A stretch of DNA of 64,000 nucleotides, taken from the NCBI GenBank assembly GCA_030704615.1, contig CM060731.1, forward strand, positions 47,802,001-47,866,000. Reading direction: 5' to 3'. The stretch's first letter is position 1. Each line of letters begins with the position of its first letter. Below are positions 59,473-64,000 of this stretch, in pieces. The position numbers were made by a program, and so were the translations under genes. The stretch is from Takakia lepidozioides. Lineage: Eukaryota; Plantae; Bryophyta. The notes under the pieces were generated by a model. It searched no databases, was not told the origin of the DNA, and saw nothing but the letters and a program-made list of their open reading frames with translations.

Positions 59473-62400
59473 ATGGCAGTGTCCCGGGGCCCGGTAGGAT
59501 CAGTGAGGAAGCAGGGGGGAGATGGGGAACGAGGTGTGAGAATGCGTAAGACGGGATCAGTGAGTGAGGAGAGTAGGAGCCCGTATAGTGATGGATTGAC
59601 GAGCTGGTGGAGGTGCATGAGCGGGTCGGGGGCGGTATCTCCCCCTCGGGTGGTGTCGAGGAGTGGTCGGGGGAAGAAGTCTGGGGAGTCGTTTAAGTCT
59701 GGGGAGATTAAGAGTGGGGACATCAGCGCTCTGGTGAAGAATTTTAGTGGGAGCTTTGAGCGCACCAACACTCCTGGGGGTTCCCCGTTCCGTGTTCGTC
59801 TCTCGCCTGGCAAGGTGTCGCCCTTGGTGGAGGTCATACCCCCCGCGCAAGCGTCGGTGGTGGCACCTGCTGGGTTCTCTATGGCGAGTTATGGTAAACT
59901 GACTACGGGAGTGTCTAGCTCGCCCCCCGTGGACAAGGTCAAGGCTTCGCCCACGTCCCTCTACGAAATGATGAACCATGAGCAGGAAATGCAAGGGCCC
60001 AAGCCGTCGCACACGCTTTCTCTTAGCCAGCAACTCACATTTCAAGAGAAAATGAAGACGATTCTTGAAGGTGATGTCTTCTCCCTATTCACAATGAGTT
60101 CAAATGGTTGAATGCTCCCACCCATATGCCTAAATGGTGGACCCCAACCTGGACTCTGAACAATGTCGAATTCAACATGGGTTTTCAGCTCACGGGCTGT
60201 CACATTGGTTCTTAACTCGTTCAGTGTTTCCTGTTTCCACAATGTGGTCGTAGCAATACTCGCTGGGCACTCTGTTCTTGGGTGCATTGGGGCCCGGCTC
60301 AGCTGCGAAGAATCACAGTGCGCGATGGAAGCTGATCTGTTGGTTGTTCATGGAGTTTTAGTAGAAGTGAGGTTGTTTCCGACTCGAGACGTGCCTCCGG
60401 CCATCCAGCGTGCCATAACTGTATGGGTTGGCCTTTTGAACGAGCTTTATAGCAGCATTTAACTCTCAAGGAGTTCACTGCAGGGGATTAGGTCGGGGGT
60501 AGTGAAGGTTAGCGTCGTCCGCATTCGTAGGTTTCCCTAATTGGAGGCTTGCTCCATGATTGCCGTGACGAGTGTACACGATGAGAATGTCTGTAAGTAA
60601 ACTGTCGACACTGTAATCTGAGACTTCTCTATCTGTGGGTGGGATCAGCTCCAGAGAAAAGGTCTTTGGGGGAAACTCTTTTTCGGCAACGAGCTTCTAT
60701 AAGGGTGTAAAGTGCTAAGAAGTTACTGTGTTACCAGCCTTTCCACCCACAGCTTGGCAAGAAGGATAGAGTTGAAATCTGGTGAAAGTGTCTAATTCTA
60801 AAAGGTGGGAACGCACCGTTCATTATTCAAACCAGATGGAGTTGTCATCGGCTGGCGGGGTTTTTGTGTCGCTATTCACAAGACTGAGTCTTTTGGAAAT
60901 CTTCTGGGGGACTTGGTTGGGATCAAGTTCGTGTCCACTAACCTTAGTTTTCTATTGTGGTTTGTAGACTGATCTGATACTCTTCAATGTCTTGTAATGC
61001 CATGGCAGGAGGTAGCAGTCCCGGTAACCAATTCAATGATACAACCACCAGCGATCTGAAGCTTGCCCTCAACAACAAGGAAGGCTACAGTGTCAGTGTC
61101 AGTGTGCACAGGGATGTCTTAGTTTTACACAGCAGGTTCTTTGCTGCAAAGCTTTCAGATCGTTGGTCAAAGCAACTGCGCGCAAATCCCAACCTGATTG
61201 AAATCACTGACATTGAGGATGTGGAGATTTACTTGGAAACGCTTCGATTAATGTACTGCACTGATCTGAAGCACACTCTCATGAAGGAGAATGTAACTCG
61301 AGTTCTTGGAATTCTCAAGGTAGGTTATGGTACTTCACCTCATAGAAACATGTGTCGACAGGAGAAGTACGAGGAATAGGAGCGGTTACTGGGGATAACG
61401 GTATTATTCAGGTCAAAACTTTGTACATCAACTGCACAATTATTAATGTTGAAGCAGCTATGCCTACTTGGTATACTCAATCTCAAGTCACAAGGACTTC
61501 AGTACCATGGTTGTTAAATTTCTCGTTGCACTCTTATGGTTGGATCTGACTGGATCTCATTGCTTGATGGTTGATGTGCAGCTATCAGCCCACATCATGT
61601 TCGAGGGAGGGGTTTTTGCATGCTTAGAATACCTAGAAGCTGTTCCTTGGGCAGAGGATGAGGAAGAAAAGGTAACAGCCCTCCTGAGTCAGCTACAACT
61701 GGAAAACGTCGGTGTTGCAGCAGATGTCATAAAGCGCTGCTCTGTCCAGGACCCCTCTAACACTGAAGATGTGCTAGTTCGACTCCTGGACTCAGTTACT
61801 AAAGGTCTGGTCGCTCTCGTGAACCTATATTTTCTCTAAATTTTTAAATATACTATATGTCCCAGTGATTACAGCTAGGTGAACACTTTACATGCATGAT
61901 CACTACCCCGTTGTTATGAGTTGTTGAAATTGAATTGCTTAGCCACTTCCATCAAGGGTACAAGTCTTGTTGTTTCATATCACAGATTTTTCGTATGCAG
62001 ATGCTTTTTTGGTACTGTTCATTGATGACCTGTAGCACACTTCTGTCAGTTGGTAGACTGGTTGGTGTGAACCTCCCTACAGTTATCATTGTGTGGAGTC
62101 TAATAGCCGTACCCTTCTCAGCAACTACTGAGAATATGGTTGCTGTCACCTTTCGGTCCAATGATGCTTTCTAACATGTGTGTCTGTACCATGTCACTGC
62201 AGGCACTGATGACAAAGCTCGGCGGGAGATGAAAGCACTGGTCTCTCGGATGTTACGAGAAAATGTGACACAGAAAAAGGATAAGGCAGATGTGAGCAAA
62301 GAGAGCTTGTACCGGGCCTGTCATGGCTGCCTCGATACCCTGCTTCATCTCTTCATGCAGGTATGTCTGCAATATTCTGGCCTGTGTCTTGTAAATGTGT

Positions 62401-63356
62401 CTAATTGATCATTAATGCACTCTGTTCTTTGACATTTCTCTATCACTAATGAATCCAGCACATATTGAAGAAGTTGCCTAATTGAATTTAAGGAATTTTC
62501 TTGATCTTCTTCTAGTAGATATGCCTTTGATGGGAGTGACTAGAGATAGTGGATGACATGGGGAGCAGCATACCACAGGCCCCTAGATGCCTAAGACTCT
62601 CGCATAGGCCTTCAATTATCAGGTGCATTGTTAGAGCAGTAATGAAATGAAAGTCTTGGAGAGGGAGTGGCTGAAGACCTCTGAACCTTTTTGCAGTCCA
62701 AAGGGGGCGAGGACAGGGGGACTCTGGTTGAGATTACTCGGCAAGCAGACAACCTTAATTGGCTCGTTGAAATTCTCATTGACCGCCGAATTGCCGATGA
62801 CTTTGTGCGCATGTGGGCGCACCAAGTGGAGCTTGCTACCTTGCACATGCAGATCCCTGTTATGTTCCGCTATGAAGTCAGCCGCCTCACAGCGCGGCTT
62901 TGCATTGCTATTGGAAAGGGACAGGTATAGTTTTCTCAACCACTGGAATTTATAAGCAATGGTATGAGGTCTAATATCCATCCTTGCGGTCATGGAATTC
63001 TGTTCTTATGAACATCTCTTCTCATATTTTTGGGGATGTGGGGACAGGTGCTCTCACCCAAGGATGTGAGGTTCTTGTTGCTGCAGACATGGCTGCAACC
63101 TTTGGTTGAGGATTTTGGCTGGATGCAGAGGTGCTGCCGCAATCTGGACAAGAAGGTTGTTGAAGAGGGCATTAGCCAGACAATTCTTACTCTTCCGTTG
63201 AAGCAGCAACAGAGCATTCTTCTGTCATGGTTTGATAGATTTTCAAGTTCTGGTGATGACTGCCCAAATCTGCAGAAAGCTTTTGAGGTGTGGTGGCGGA
63301 GAACTTTTGTGCGGCCTTTCGTGGAGGATGAACCCAGCCCTCGCCCATCCTTCTGA
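59473..63356 (+). CDS. BTB/POZ-domain protein (At1g63850/At5g60050-like). Exons 59473-60070, 61009-61319, 61582-61804, 62203-62360, 62697-62924, 63048-63356
   Basis: [13 protein letters not shown]; SPGNQFND...SDLKLAL...[19 protein letters not shown]; [13 protein letters not shown]; [18 protein letters not shown]; [11 protein letters not shown]; [15 protein letters not shown]; [16 protein letters not shown]. Phases are consistent. Confidence 0.93.
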
Positions 63357-64000
63357 GTCTGTATCTTTGAACGTTTGGACTCGGATACATCCAGAGTCCG
63401 GGCTAATTTCTGTCTCATAGGTACAAGGTTTCTTCCACGGGGTGTCGGTTTGACGCTTCTTAGAAAAAATTATTCAGTAGTGTTGGAACTGAAGTCATTA
63501 GTGAGCATCAATTCGAGGCTCCTGAGGTAAGGGCTGCACATGTTGTGCCCTCTTGCAATGTCAGGTGCTCACCATGTTTGTCAGTCTTGCTTGGCAGATG
63601 AGGAACAGGGGGGGTGTGTTGGTTCTTCAGAACTTTGCAGAAAGTACTGATATACGGGGAGTGGGGAATCTGGTCCGTCGGCACATCTGGTCACAGACCA
63701 GATGCAGAGTTTGCGAAGAGCTCTCAAATAGCAGGAGAGTAGGGTTTGAATGAGGTTTGGGGCATATGCAAGCAGGTGAGTTGAAAAAATCTTCCTGCAG
63801 TCAGTGAGGCAAGGCAAGAGTTGATGGGAGAAAATCAAAGACAGCAGCTTGGATAGCAGGTGACCATGATGGCAGAGCACATGCTCCGACAGTTTTGGGG
63901 GATTTAGTTGCTCAAGACTCAGAAGAAATGAAATTGTACTTAGTCCATCGTCCTCAGCATTGTATGTGGTACAAGTGCAACTTTGGAAGCAGCGGAAGAC

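Noticed and set aside
59153-60045. Long antisense ORFs opposite BTB exon 1
   Set aside because: Shadow frames of GC-rich coding DNA and a GA microsatellite.

Overview
Eukaryotic genomic DNA from a land plant, probably seed-free (inferred from the gene set and transposon content). Host genes: an intronless RING-HC gene with an acidic repeat tail (+, 3.1-3.9 kb); an RS-subfamily SR splicing factor (-, 5.0-8.4 kb) head-to-head with a 12-exon HugZ-like/HOZ gene (+, 9.8-22.8 kb) whose introns hold many LINE copies; an F-box/kelch gene (-, 25.4-26.9 kb); and a BTB/POZ gene (+, 59.5-63.4 kb). The 27-59 kb interval is a nest of transposons. Its most notable content is a decayed Mutator-like element of about 15 kb. 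It carries a DDE+SWIM transposase, a divergently oriented intron-containing ParB/Srx-like gene (DGNHR motif) and a permuted beta-class N6A/N4C DNA-methyltransferase-like domain. A 16-bp palindrome (ATTTCGGCGCCGAAAT) occurs about 30 times in it, mostly in an array phased at about 53/64/74 bp between the divergent genes. The ParB and MTase parts look like one gene split by a 13.8-kb inversion between inverted 10-mers. Two non-autonomous elements have piggyBac hallmarks (TTAA, CCC...GGG TIRs), one with its empty site preserved next door. All protein identities come from motif recognition by eye; no database search was run.
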